Shown here in pieces: positions 51,032-64,000 of a stretch of 64,000 bases of DNA. Location of the stretch: NCBI GenBank assembly GCA_051294905.1, contig CM119372.1, positions 34,908,001 to 34,972,000 of the forward strand, read 5' to 3'. The notes under the pieces were generated by a model. It did no database searches. It was not told where the DNA came from and saw only the letters and a program-made list of their open reading frames with translations. Source of the DNA: Botryllus schlosseri. Lineage: Eukaryota. The translations under genes and the position numbers were made by a program. Numbering within the stretch: the first letter of the stretch is position 1; every line of letters begins with the position of its first letter.

Positions 51032-54000
51032 CTCTACAATGTGCAACTTGTATGCATTCAGTTTGGAAACAAATAATGTACTTCCGATAATCATAGGATT
51101 AAACAGAGACCTGATATAATGTACGACTAAATTGCTCACCGCCATGTGGTTGCTATCTCGAAACTTATATATCGGCTTATATAAATCAATGAGAGGACAA
51201 TTAACTCTATATACACATTGATACACAGTACCATTTAAATCATTATTAGGTCAAAGTTATCACAGTCGACTTCTAATTGCTTCGAACGATCTTGATAGCA
51301 TGCGAACATAACCATGCGTGAGAAAGTTAATTCAGATTTCGTGACGCATGACATACGAACTGGCATCTATAAAAGTTAGCATTTTATGCTGTACCCTTCG
51401 GCATGCGTTTGGGGTCGCTTGGGTATAAGCTATGTGCCGTTCCTTCGTTTGACTCACAACGTTGCTGGACGATGGCGACATCTATATAGATAGGATATGA
51501 AATATAGAAATAGATATACTCTTACTCCGTGACCCTGTTTTCCTAACTGCCAGACGATGTTCTACTTAATCTAAATAGAAACATATTCCTAGAGATAAGA
51601 ACTAGGAATGGTGTGAACGTGAGGTTCATGTTCGTGTTCTATGTGTGAACCTCAGAAGTTTAGAGGTTCACGTTTACAAACGAACCTTGGTAGGCTCTGC
51701 ACTGTGAACCTTTTTCATATATTAAGATTTTCATTTCATCATAACCTTTTTCGCTGAAGTTTATTGCATTTGAACTGCGGGCCACTCTCTGCATGGCGCT
51801 GGCAGCATAGAACAATCAACACTAAACAAGCATACACTTTGGCAATCTCATAAATCTTTTTTGCTTAGTTATACTAAAGTTTGCTCGAAATATCCAGCTT
51901 TCCGTTCGTGAATATTTAGTGAATCTCTGCTGTGAGCTTGACCCGCAATCGCACAACATCAATATATAGGGAGATACACCACATGTAGTCAGCGAATGAT
52001 GCTTATTCACTCAAACAATGGAACTTATATCGTTGCCTGATGTAAAAAAAATCTAGCGAATGTACGGGGTCAATCTTGACTTCATATCTTTATTGCATCA
52101 TTAAAACAAAGTCATTGCTATTTGGGTGTTGGCTACTGCTTTATAATTTGGTAAAGGGGTAATCGGTAGCAAGTATAGAAACCCGTTTACACTCCGCTCA
52201 ATATCATCGTCGCAATGCTCAGACGCCGAATACATTGTCCAGTCTGGCATAGACCGTTGAGGAGTAAGCTTATATTCCACTGTCAGTTCATATATGGCTC
52301 TTTTGGGTATAAGAGAAAATTTAAATTTTGTACTCAATTTATTAATATTGCAGCAACTTGTTCGTACTTTTTCATGGCGGCCAGAATGGTTATTCTCGTG
52401 GCAGCATAAACATTTCTTTGAGAGCTCAAGACAGTTCTAATTTACGGCGAGAAATAAACTGGCTTGGGAGTGACATTCACAGTTACAAATTCGAATTATA
52501 ACAACGTCATAGCTATACATGTTCTCTATTGGTAAGTAGCTTTCTAGCATCGCCGTAAAACTGTGGGTGTGCAGCGCAACGTTACGCTACGCCGAATACT
52601 TTGGACGTCGATCAATACTTGGATTTTCGGAATCACCGCGACAATTACATTTCATTAATATCAGTGATTATAAATGCAAAGTTATTTACGATGAGTGGCG
52701 CTATCAGTGGCGAGACTTGTCCCATCTGTGCCTCATCTGTGCCTTTACCTCTCCTTTCTCTCGCGCTCTATTTTCAAACAATAAATATGAAAATTTAGTG
52801 ATTTTCAGAATAAAAATCTCCAAAATCTAATCATTCATAAACATCGATAGAAAATATCAATATCATTGAAGGTTTCACAATTTTCCTTCACTCGTCCCTG
52901 ACGACATCTGGGGCACTGCCTCACTTGCCTCCCCTATCCCCACGTCACATACGTATCACACCCTGCAGTTGGTATATGTACTGCTCAGTGACCGTATTTG
53001 GCTCCTCCTACAAATGTGATCACAAAAATGTCGAACATTACGGATCCCACATATATGAGCTACCGATACGTCACTGATTTTAATTGAGACGTAACAGTTG
53101 ATTGACTCTTTGGGAGTTACAGTTGAAAATATTGGCTGAATGTGGCTCTTCGGTCGAGAAAGGTTCCCGACCCCTGCTTTACCGAGACAATGGACCAAGC
53201 AATAGCTCCTCACAGAGGCAAAAACTCAAATGCGATACCCTTCTTGTTGCGTGTCTGTTACATGCGAAATATAATGCCTCTACAAAGGATATAATTGTGT
53301 GGTCTCAATGCTGTATAAAGTTTGATTTTTGGCAAGTACTTTGTTTGTTCCGTTGTTCCGAATAAATTTCTTGCTAGGATTGAGCACCTATCTTTCGTAA
53401 TATAACATATACTACTATTACATACAAGCTTGAAGAAAGCATTCCAGTGAAAACAAAGATATGGATTTGAAGGTATCATTGTGAAATCAGTTGACTAGTG
53501 CAGCCCGCAAGCAAACCTGTTATAGAGACCTAATGAATATGATGAATGATGAATGATGAATAATGAATACTCACAACGAATTTTATTTTAAAATATATAG
53601 GTGGAATACTGCACCCAGTTCTTTCAACACGCATTTATCAAAAGAAATAACAAATAATTTGTATATGTAATCGTTGACCGAACACTAAACTGAATAATTC
53701 TTGAAGGTATGATAAAGAAATATAATTTCATGTTATAAGTCTCAAACACATGTACATTTAGGGCATACCGGGGACAAATGTAACTAGGGGCAAATCTAAC
53801 AATCTACCTCACCGCTAGTAGGGTTGAGAAATATATTCTCTTGTCAATGCTCAATATCTTTGTTCATGTGTTGGTATAAATATTTATCTACTGCAAATGA
53901 ATCTTGTAAAAGCCAGACGTTCAATACCAGAACAGATCCTACCTTGCCATACCAATTCTAAGATGATCATCCGTCGGAACGGCCATACAGACGTGGTGAT

Positions 54001-54449
54001 ATGAATCTTAGGGTTCGGTAATTTCCGTGCTTATACCAGCTTCTCTCATGTTGATCGACCTTTGTTGTATCAACCTTTAATGGTCACTTAGAAACTTGCC
54101 GATGATTGAAGCTTCATACGCCCTGACTTTAAGCATGGCCCAGGTACATTTTGTCATTTGGTGCGAGCAAATTATTTTAATTTTGTACAGAACAGAAGAA
54201 TGCCAATAGCTTTGACCCCGCACATTGTTGCTACACTATCATCAGCCCATTACAGCAATATATTTTAGCCGGATCGGTATTGCACCTTCGGAGGTGACCG
54301 ATTGCCAGCCCATTATGCACGCTGAACAACAGCACCTTAGCAAAAGAGGACGAATTCGTGTGGGGAGATGGTGGAAAGAATTTGTTTCTCATCCACATTG
54401 AGTTTTCTCGAATTCAAGTCTATTTTGAAATTGCGAACTCTGTAAAATA

Positions 54450-54640
54450 CAAGCCAATGGAATGCAAACACACACGGTTCTTATTGGGGCAAGCATTTCT
54501 GTCACTTTGAGTGTGCTGATCACGATTTGAAATAATCGGCACGACAGGCCCGGCTTGCGTATGACGTCACACGCGCGTTGCGTGAGAATGGAGTACGCGG
54601 GTAGAGGTGCCGACGTGTGACATCACACAAAAGGTAAGCA
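54450..54640 (+). promoter_or_regulatory. Possible promoter and non-coding first exon
   Basis: Local CpG-rich patch with CRE palindrome TGACGTCA (54562), CCAAT (54454), ATTGG (54483) and a strong donor AAAG|gtaagc near 54633. Confidence 0.25.
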
Positions 54641-54887
54641 CCTTGGCGTTGGTATTGTTAAGTATTATTTCAGCTATTTCATCGCACCGTTTCTGTTCAT
54701 TGATGGTCGATTATGAAATCAATTACTCCACACGTGATGACTGTATTCTGATGCCAAAACGCGATGGGGCGTAGCCTGGAAGCGTTCCAACTTCTCTTTC
54801 TTTAGTTTAATGCAGTAATACAATTTGTGCTCCCATTTTCGTTGTTCCTTTCCTTTGTTTTCAGTTATAAATTACACTTTTATAATA

Positions 54888-55037
54888 TAGGGTTACCATA
54901 TTTTGGGAATCTGAAAAGAGGACACTTTTTCGAAATTTTCAGACTTATATTACTCGAATAAAATCCTGAAAATAATGGCACATTTTAGCAGACTTTGTGG
55001 TCGGTTGACTAGAAAACAAGGACGTATGGTAAACCTA
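54888..55037. mobile_element. Short Blackjack-like MITE (family P deletion derivative)
   Basis: TAGGGTTACCATA ... TATGGTAAACCTA, homologous to 9665-10056; no TSD found. Confidence 0.7.
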
Positions 55038-55040
55038 GTC

Positions 55041-56068
55041 CAGGGTTAGCCAACCTTTTTGCTATTCACGGCCGCATTACGAATAGTCATGCAGCCTACG
55101 GCCGTTTTCCAGGGCATACCTTGTAATGAACAAACTTGACGCCAAATACCCATTTTAAACTGTTCATGTCCATTTTCAGTGAGCTCTAGACCAGTGGTTC
55201 CCAACCTTTTTCGAGTCATCGCCCCCTTTTCAAGCTCAACTCCGATCATCGCCCCCCAGATTTTGTGAACCGAAAAATCGGTATACAATCTGTAGTCATC
55301 ATTTTTGCCCTCTTTGTCCATTTTCGCCCCCCCTAGGCCGCCAAATCGCCCACGTTGGGAATCACTGCTCTAGACTAATCTATTTATTCATTTCGCATTA
55401 TTATACGCACCGAAATCACGAGTGGTTATGTTATGAATAGATTCTCGGATTCGTAATGGTCGCGCGAAGCGCGAAAATGTTTCAGATTCACGAGTGAATT
55501 TCGTCATTAATATTAGTAGTTTGACATATTCCTATCAAACATTTATCGTTTCTCAGCCCATATGATCAGATTTCCCGATAGAGTTGATGGCGGGCGTGTT
55601 TTCGAAAATTTGGGGCAAGTTATAAATGATGATGTATCTTCGGGTGGTCAATTGTAATGAGTTACTTTGTTGCATGCTGTTATTTCTTGACCCCCATCAG
55701 TATAGTCGGTATAGTGGAAAGATAATGAAATCGCCTGAACGCTCCCGAAACCAATTTATTTCGTGATGAAGACACCATTCCAAGTTGGTATTTCTATATG
55801 GGGTGCATCATTTTTCTCTGCTGTTCACATCTGTACTACGGTGCTCAGATTGAAAATGCACTACTACATCAAAATCGGACAATGAAGTACCATTGAATCG
55901 TGCGCAAGGCGAAGAAAATTACAAGGTTGATCGAAATCTTTTAAAAATGTGGCAGTCAAATCTTGAATTCAATTTTCATGTCGCCGACGGCCGCCAACGC
56001 ATACTAATTTAATTTCGTGTCCACGGCCGCACAAATTTCCTTCTACGGCCGCAGGTTGGCCACCCTTG
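55041..56068. mobile_element. Buster-type hAT MITE
   Basis: TIRs CAGGGTTAGCCAACC / GGTTGGCCACCCTTG; perfect TSD ACCTAGTC; relative at 58339-58852. Confidence 0.9.
55192..55367. mobile_element. Buster/Charlie MITE (family of 3918-4305), nested
   Basis: TIRs CAGTGGTTCCCAAC / GTTGGGAATCACTG; perfect TSD CTCTAGAC. Confidence 0.95.
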
Positions 56069-58221
56069 ACCTAGTCCATTAGAGATTTAAATTGGCCCGC
56101 TAGATACATACCTGTTGACCATGTGTACCCGAGACGCGAGAACACTTCCTTACCAGATATAGTAAATGCATCTGTACAGATGAATACCCATGCATTCTAA
56201 TAAGCGATTTTGTTCATGTTCGGTTATGCAACAGTTACTTTCTGCTCTCTAAGCAATCCAAGCAGAAATCAGCTGGGATACAATACAGCATCAACGCGAT
56301 TAATTAAATACTATATTACGAATATATTGCATACGGATTGGTATCATAAATCATCAGTTTGGAGAATTTTGCAGGAACTTACTCTTTGTGTGATTTAAAT
56401 AAAGCAAGTGAGTATTATACTCCAATGATAAGCAGTCAGTGTTCACGAAAATCGCATAATTTATTTAACGGCACGAAGTATATTTCGAGCTCGAATAGCT
56501 ACGAGTATGCTTATACAGATATGATGGTTACAAAATATATTTCGACGAAAAGCTATTATAAATAATACTTGATAGACATGCCTGATAATATGAAAATTCG
56601 ATGTCGGTGCTATGGTGCAAAATGATATATGATCCTTCCATTCAATATAAATTAATCATAATATTGCTGATTAATGCATCGCACAACTGTTATGTCATAC
56701 CAACCAGGACTATAGGCTAACTTTGACTAGCACAAAGGGTCCACCGTAGATAACCACATTGATTTAATAAATAAATAAATAAATAGCTGGGATGGTGTGA
56801 ACCCCTGAGAAATTCTGGTTCGTGCGGACACGAATCTTTTTGAAAGGTTTTATGTGAACGCGAACGTGACGTCTTGGCGCTAATATCATTCCTATATTTC
56901 CATAAATTGATAAATTGATAAATTAATATACACGATACAAGGCGACGACTCGGGCCACATTATGCCACAATGCTGAGGTGAAATCTAACAGTTTGAGCGT
57001 CACCAAATGTATCAAGTGGATCAATCAAATACGAACAGTGTTTTAGATGCAACCCAATAAGGTACAAATATCGGTGGCCTTTTGCAGTGGAACGTTCGTA
57101 AAGTGATTTGAAATATGAAATTGGATAAGGAGTATTTATTATTTTGATTATTCAATTGTATAATAATGCAACAGTGGCAAAATAATTTTTTTGTATAGAA
57201 TAACACCTTCTGTTTTAAATGAAAGCTCAGCTGCAACGGATATCACTAAGTTTTTACTGACTCATATGATCGTTTCCACTCAGGTATTCAATGAAGCAAA
57301 AGCAGGGGGATCTGGAGTTGGCGCTCCAGTACTTTAACATTCAATAATAATATTAATAACATTTGGTCGTATTACTAAATTAATTATTAATTGAATAATT
57401 ACTTTAACTTAACCTAACTTCTAAACTGACACATCACCGCTGTGGAAGCCTTCCAAACAATCTGGATATATCGCACCTGGACGTACCCGCCGTAGGAACA
57501 GGCCAGTGACCCCCAAGGACATGTAAGTAGTTTAAGTACCTGGTGATGATATGCTAATATAATAAATAAACAAAGACACCGGAAATCAGAAAAGCTGCAT
57601 TTCGGAAGTCACAAACGCTGCATTGTGAGCTGCCTGGTGGTCTAAAATCGGCCTATCGGAAATCAGAAAAGCTGCATTTTGACCTGTGTGATACGCTAAA
57701 AGCGTCCTATATCGTTTCGCAAAATAGGCTATAATAAATAAGCCAACACAGGAAATTCAGAAACGCGGCGCGTTGTGCATTTCATCGCAAGCGGATTTTG
57801 AAACAGATGTTCGATCGCGCTCGACCTATATGCCTTGCGACAAATGACTCTGGTATCCTGTCCGCTCACATACTGAATTGTTTCCCGTGAAAACAGCTGG
57901 TTGGATGTTTTGTGTCGCTACAGTATACTGAACTTATCGTAATATGGTATCGAGTATTACACTAGTCCGGTCAGTGCTATAACATTCAGCAGTATTCAGT
58001 ATTCAGTATTCAGCAGCGACACCAAAATATCACTTATTTCTGCTCTAACCCTAATCCTTTGCGAAGTTTACGCTTATTCAAAAAAGGTGTGAAATAATTG
58101 TAAAATCCTACGGTCGCTCACAGGATAATGGTTCAGACATAGCGATCTCTCACTCACTGGACAACCCAAGTTTATTTATTTATTTTATTCACACAGACAA
58201 AGTGGCGCTTATCGCCTATAC

Positions 58222-59534
58222 CAGCGGTTCTCAACCTTTTTTGACACGTGCCTCCCTTGGCGATGGTCAAAAAGATCGCGTGCCCCCCTGACCCCCCTTA
58301 CATTTATCGTCATGTCAAGAAGAGCATATTATCTAATATCGAGGTGGGCAACCTTCCTGCTAATCATGGCCGCATTTCAGTTACTTATGTAGCCTAAGGC
58401 CGCATTCCAGGGCATAGCCGCAATGAGCGATCTGGACGCAAAATAGGCTACCTATGGTAAACTGTCCATATCCATTCCCGGTGAACTCCGGACTATTCTA
58501 CTTTTCACAACGGCCCATTGTACGCACCGAAATCGCGAGTGGCAATGTTATGAATAGTTGCTGGGAGTGCATATTGTCGCGCCAGGCGCGAAAATTTTTC
58601 GAAGCCGCGAATGAATTGTTATTTCTTGAGGATTCCCATTCCTGCTCCAATTAAAAGGGCGCTACTGCATTAAAATCGAAAAATGAAGTCTTGTTGAATT
58701 GAGCGGAGCGAGGAGAAAATTTCAATCTCAAAATCGAGAGTGAATTCGTAATTGCAAATTGCATGTCTACGGCTGCCAACACATACCAATTGAATTAGGC
58801 TTCGGCGGTCGCACAAATTCCCTTCTACGGCCGTACGGGCTGCCCACCCCTGATCTAATAGTATACATAAGGTATATCTTACGCCAGTTTTGAAACCGCA
58901 TTCCAGTTGTTTAGTCTTTTACATTGCTGACAAACCTCCCCAAACTTGTTTGAAAATAACAAAAAAAACATTGAAAAGGACATCAATTAATTTCAAGGTA
59001 GGCTGCACTGAGAATAATCCTGATGCTGGTAGTGACTACAAAGAGCACGGCGTCGTTCTGTCCTGCAATGCTAAATTTTATCAGGTTTGGAAATGAATTA
59101 AATTGTGTTGATTTATAGCCAGATTGAGGGCGAAACCGGGCAATCTATATTGCATCTAACTCTGTTTTAGGCAGTGCAGTTCGCCAGCTATCAACAACAG
59201 CTACCTAGCGCACAGAGATTTAGGCTACTGCCAAAGCTATAAAGTAATGAATGACTTGCACGTAGGAATTTCACTAAATCTTCAAAGAATATCAAAAATT
59301 TGCTCAAATGAAGTTGAAGTCAGCCTATACTCCGTTGAGCGCGACTGCTGGAGTTTGACTTTGGCAAGCTTTCTAGAATACGAATTAAGTTTAATCGTCA
59401 ATAATCGTATCTTGAAAATCGTTGTGAAACACATGTTTAGTCACAATTTATACAGACATTGACAAAATTGACGAAAAGATCCCGCCCACCCCCCCTGAGA
59501 GCCTACCGCGCCCCCCCCAGGTTGAGAACCCCTG
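58222..59534. mobile_element. Buster-type hAT MITE
   Basis: TIRs CAGCGGTTCTCAACC / GGTTGAGAACCCCTG; TSD GCCTATAC/GGCTATAC. Confidence 0.9.
58339..58852. mobile_element. Buster-type hAT MITE (family of 55041-56068), nested
   Basis: Perfect TSD ATCTAATA; right TIR TGCCCACCCCTG; degenerate left TIR. Confidence 0.85.
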
Positions 59535-59670
59535 GGCTATACGGTCATTTGCACCACGACATTAATTGCAGTAATTTCATTCCTTTGTCTTTGTAATGTT
59601 TCGGACGACTTCCAGTCTCGCTCTCTTTCATCATCGGTCACGCTCGTTTTTCATGCGCCCGTATCATGTA

Positions 59671-60633
59671 GGGGGAGATGTGGTACCGATGGATCACTGG
59701 GACCGAAAATACTTTGAAAATTCTCTACGATAATTCCATGATTGCACTCCGTGAACTTGTCTACAATTGCATGCTGGCAAAATCTTTCCTCACGTACAAA
59801 AAAATTTGACGTGCGCGAGCAATGGGGTCTCTCACAGGTGATTTTTGTTTTAGGGGGTGTAAACTAAATTTAGATCGACATATACATTTTTCTTTGTAAC
59901 CTTCAACACGAACAAACGAGCAATCATTTTTATTGTGAAGTGTAGGGCTTGTATCAGGCTATATAATGGCACCTATTATTTTTTTCAGTACTTTCCTTGA
60001 GTTGACTTTTTTTCGATTTATGTATAAAATTCGTAGGCTGGGGACCGATGATACAATAGCCAAATCAAGCAAAATTATCAAGCATACTAATCACGAAACA
60101 AATGAAACATGCCTACGTACAAAAAATCTTTATGTAATAATTGCATATGATATTTTATCGCTATAGCGAGGTATTTGGAAGTCACACTGTCGATTTTCAG
60201 GCAATATGTATGTACCCTCAAATTTATAAGTCCGAGCGTAAATCGAAACGTGATTTTATGACAACATTTGAGTTTATATTTATTCTATTTTTTGACAGTT
60301 GCGACCAAACATTCTTCTTTGGCTTGCTGTAGCTTAGATTATATTACTGAGAAAGAAAAGTAGTCACATTTGAGTTTTTTTGGGTATATGTGTCATAGGT
60401 CCCCGGGTCGTATGTCATTGGACCCACCGGGTGGGGACCGATGACACGTTCGAGCAGCAAATTTTGAACGTCCATTAATATTTTTTGAGAAGACGGATAT
60501 TCATGTATATGTGCGCGATAGGTAGAGCTTGTATCAAAGTGCTGAGCCAGCAAAAGATCTGCTGTTTTCGGCTGAACATTTCAGGGTCAGCGATCATTTT
60601 CCGATTTTTTATCCATCGGTACCACATCTCCCC
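59671..60633. mobile_element. TA-flanked Tc1/mariner-pogo-like MITE
   Basis: TA|GGGGGAGATGTGGTACCGATGGA ... TCCATCGGTACCACATCTCCCC|TA; internal GGGGACCGATGA copies; splits SINE A. Confidence 0.85.
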
Positions 60634-60872
60634 TACTTTGCTGCCGACTTTAGGCTCGGCTCACCTTCATTCTGGGCTTTGGAAACACTGCTACTGCAAT
60701 GGGGTCAGCGTGAGGCGCCCAGGCTGAATTGTATCCGAATATGTTAATTTACCGCCTTGTCATCAGGATAATATTATTCTTGACTTGACATAAACATATT
60801 ATGTTTCGAGTACACAAGATTTGATTACCCGGTCAATCGCAGAAGAGAATTAATTTATCGCAAGTGAATAGG

Positions 60873-61621
60873 TAGGCTTGCCATACGTCCCGTTTTAAGC
60901 GGGACAGTCCCGCTTTTTAACGTCTTGTCCCGGCGTCCCGACCAGTCAGCCAAACGTCCCGCTTTTTAAGGCCGACGGGTATTTCGGAGTGAAAAACAGT
61001 GATTTGAGCTCTGAGCGGAAAGAAGACCTTTTTTTTACTTAGTCAACCGATCAGAAAGTGGGATAAATTCACCGGTTTTTGAGAATTCTTCTCCGGTTTT
61101 GCAAGCCTAGGATTTCTGAAAAAGTGTCCCCCTTTTAGATTTCCAAAATATGGTAAGCCTATGACTTAACGATGTACGTACATCGTACAATTATGCTCCT
61201 TGCATTTTTGAAGTCATCATCATCCACCAGCTCGACCGCTAACTCTGATCATGTGGGCGGAGAAGAATCAAAATTATACAGTAATATATGGAAGAACCAA
61301 TATTAGTGACATTCAAATCATTTAACGACCAGATACATATAGTAAGACCCCAGAAGTTGCATCGAATACCCTACGGGAGGCCCAAGGTCAGTGTTTATTT
61401 CGGCGGGAGCGAGCTGAAAAAATGTGACTTCGGCCCTGGTTCCAATTTACAATATACAACCACATACTCCTGAACCCGATCGTGACCACCTCTAGTCGAT
61501 AGAAAAAGCGTTGCTGGTGTGAGTCATATTGATCGACAATGTGCTCACACCTCATTTTGAAATCCGCTAGTGGGCGGCGAAGAGCGTCCGGAATTTGTGA
61601 TACAAAAATATGGTAACCCTA
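60873..61621. mobile_element. Chimeric Blackjack-like MITE (family P 60873-61161 plus right half of family Q 61162-61621)
   Basis: Perfect TSD TGAATAGG around the whole unit; internal TIR TGGTAAGCCTA ending at 61161. Confidence 0.9.
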
Positions 61622-61968
61622 TGAATAGGTATATTACAGTGTAAAAAATATCGGAATGTCAGCAACTCTTACGGGTATAGTTATTACCACATTACCTGAT
61701 TTATCCGGCTAACTCGTCATGATCATTCTTGAAATCAACGCAAACCTGACTTGAGTTAGCAACAAAACAGCAGCAATTTTTAAATTCTGCTTGTAGCTGT
61801 TGAATTATTCGCATTCGTCGATAGAGAATATTATTGAATTCGTAAGTATGCTATTTCAACGAACTTTCGTTTTATTCCAACCGCGAAAAATAACGCCTAA
61901 TCGTAAGACTTGAATCAAATCACACATTTGTTTGATGATAAAACACATACAACAAAAACATTATCGTG

Positions 61969-62211
61969 ATTTTGTAAACTGGTCATACTAATCAATGCAT
62001 TTGTCAATATTAAAATACAAGTCGTCAGACCCTTTTGTTTAAACTATCATTTTGTAAACTGGTCATGCTAATCAATGCATTTGTCAATATTAAAATAAAA
62101 GTCGTCAGTCCTTTTGTTTAAAGTATCATTTTGTAAACTGGTCATGCTAATCAACGCATTTGTCAATATTAAAATACTAGTCATTAGATCCTTTTGTTTT
62201 AAGTATCATTT
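61969..62211. repeat. 79-80-bp tandem repeat, 3 copies
   Basis: TTTGTAAACTGGTCAT at 61971, 62051 and 62130. Confidence 0.95.
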
Positions 62212-62835
62212 CAAATTGTAGAAATAGATTTGTTGTTGTCTATGTCATTCATACAAAATTACATTTCTGCGAGACCGAGGCAAAGTATTTTTTATCTGAA
62301 TAACGCAATTCATTCATATTCGACTTGTGGTCTTAAATCACATTCGACAATTCATCACGAATGCGTTGCAACGAAGTTACGAAAAAGTCGCACAGCAAAA
62401 TTTTCGAAAACTGTGTTATTACTATTTCCATTTGTGAATCTACCTAACACAATCGTGTATCGATGTTTCCAAGTACACCGCAGCGTAATAAACTCGCTAG
62501 AGTTGTCAATGTAAAATTACGTATGTGTTCAAATTTCGTAAGGAAATATTCTTGATTAGGAATAATTCTATTACTCACCTCTGTCTGTATTACAGAATGC
62601 GATAATGTGCTTACCAGCTAAGATTTTACAAATCGGTCAGTTGTAATCGCCATGGTCAAATGTAAAGCAACAATATCGTTAATGTTGAATTTACAGACCA
62701 ACGCGAAATATATTTTAATAATTTTCGTTGGCAAGTCGTTATTGATACATTTAACAATCGGTTCAATATTTTATTATTAGAATGTGTGGTGAGAATTGAA
62801 ACACTTACGTGCATTTCCGGGTTTCAAGATATCAC

Positions 62836-63350
62836 CAGGGCTGGGCAAAATCGAATACCTGAGTGATTCGAGTCTGAATCACGTAATATGCTTCGAGTCG
62901 AGTCGAGTAATCGAGTATCACCAATTATGACGTCATAACAGAATGTATTACGTCAAAGTTCAAATATGCACCGTTTTTGCCAATACAAAGAATATAATGC
63001 AGTTTATCCATCTCGTAAAAGATACTTTGGTATTTAATCGACCATACCAATTTCATTCTACTTGGTGGAAATGTTGTGGGATTATCATGACTTCGTAAAT
63101 GCGCTACGTCCAGAAACCTTCGTAGGTTTGTACTATGTTTTGTAAGTTACAATACCGCCAATCAAGGTTTCAAGGCTTCAACAGTGAAAATTATAATCGA
63201 AACTAGAATTCTCGTTGATAAATTAACTTTCAGTGGCGAGGAGCGTATAATTTCATTACTCGAAAAAATCGTCTTTTACTACTCGACTCGAATCATTCAA
63301 ATTAATACTCGATTCAGATTCGAGTACTCGAATCATTGTGCCCAGCCCTA
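62836..63350. mobile_element. Ac-type hAT MITE (family R), second copy
   Basis: TIRs (C/T)AGGGCTGGGCA; perfect TSD GATATCAC; colinear with 12803-13319. Confidence 0.95.
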
Positions 63351-64000
63351 GATATCACACTATGCGAATTGACATACCGCCGCTTGATTATAGCTTAATC
63401 CGTTCGCACCATTTCAGAAACACTTTGATCATCGCAAAATAAATTTCGAAAATGTTTGTTACCGTTATCTTAGTTGGATAGACTTGAGTTATTTGTAGAA
63501 CACGTACTATCAAAGAAATCAGAAACACAACCTACGTAGAAATATGGTAAATGTGTTTGTTCATTAGTACTATTGATATAACTTTCTCCATTTCCATTTT
63601 GGTAAAGTAATTTTCACCACAACACTTAATCACTAAAAGATCTTACTTGTATGTGGTTGAATTGTAGACAACATCAGTCCTGACTTAGCAGTACAAGACC
63701 CCGGAAGTATCACTGAGCTGTCAACATAGCGCACATATTTGAATATATCACTTAGTAGATTAAAGCTAAAGCATCGATAGTAACAACCGACGTGATTATT
63801 ACTATTATTTATTTCGTAATCATTTCAAAAAAATTACACACACTGTATAATACATTGGTTGTTGTTTCGTGACATGAGAATAATCGGACCTCAACAAACT
63901 CAAGGTGTATTTTAGTCACTCGTCGCATTATGGGCATTTTCCAACATCGGCTCCGTCGTATGGATAGTTTTTCTAGATACAAATTATATTAGTGTCGCAG

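Larger units (their letters stand above)
58170..60739 (-). mobile_element. SINE family A, second copy, in three pieces (58170-58221, 59543-59670, 60636-60739), head missing
   Basis: The two inner pieces match 7243-7470; the (TAAA)n piece at 58170 joins them once the MITE at 58222-59534 is removed. Confidence 0.75.

Noticed and set aside
53601..53706. Possible next exon (tatag|GTGG ... GAAG|gtatga)
   Set aside because: There are stops in all three frames before the donor; it cannot be supported without RNA data.
61797..61841. Possible 45-nt exon LLNYSHSSIENIIEF with a gtaagt donor
   Set aside because: Only splice signals support it; its phase does not match the phase-1 exons and there is no homology evidence.

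Overview
This is AT-rich eukaryotic DNA made almost entirely of transposable elements. It is probably intronic or intergenic sequence from a marine invertebrate; an ascidian is plausible, but that is inference. No intact protein-coding gene, rRNA, true tRNA or CRISPR array is visible, and most short ORFs in the track are spurious or TE-derived. About 25 non-autonomous hAT elements (Buster/Charlie-, Ac- and Blackjack-like) are delimited by TIRs, most with 8-bp TSDs, and are nested up to four deep. Other DNA transposons: a decayed 11.4-kb AcademX element, a decayed piggyBac and a TA-flanked pogo-like MITE. Retroelement fragments: I-group, CR1-like, RTE-like, R4/Dong and Penelope, plus two tRNA-derived SINE families. 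A few candidate host micro-exons lie on the + strand. The most notable structures are three TSD-flanked elements with rearranged ends: a fold-back hATm carrying two 3' ends (44637-48049), a 4.5-kb palindromic dimer with two left ends (34063-38585) and a two-family chimeric MITE (60873-61621). There is also a marked excess of TAGGCCTA/TAGGCTA motifs that may be excision footprints. All alignments were made by eye, so boundaries without TSD support are approximate.
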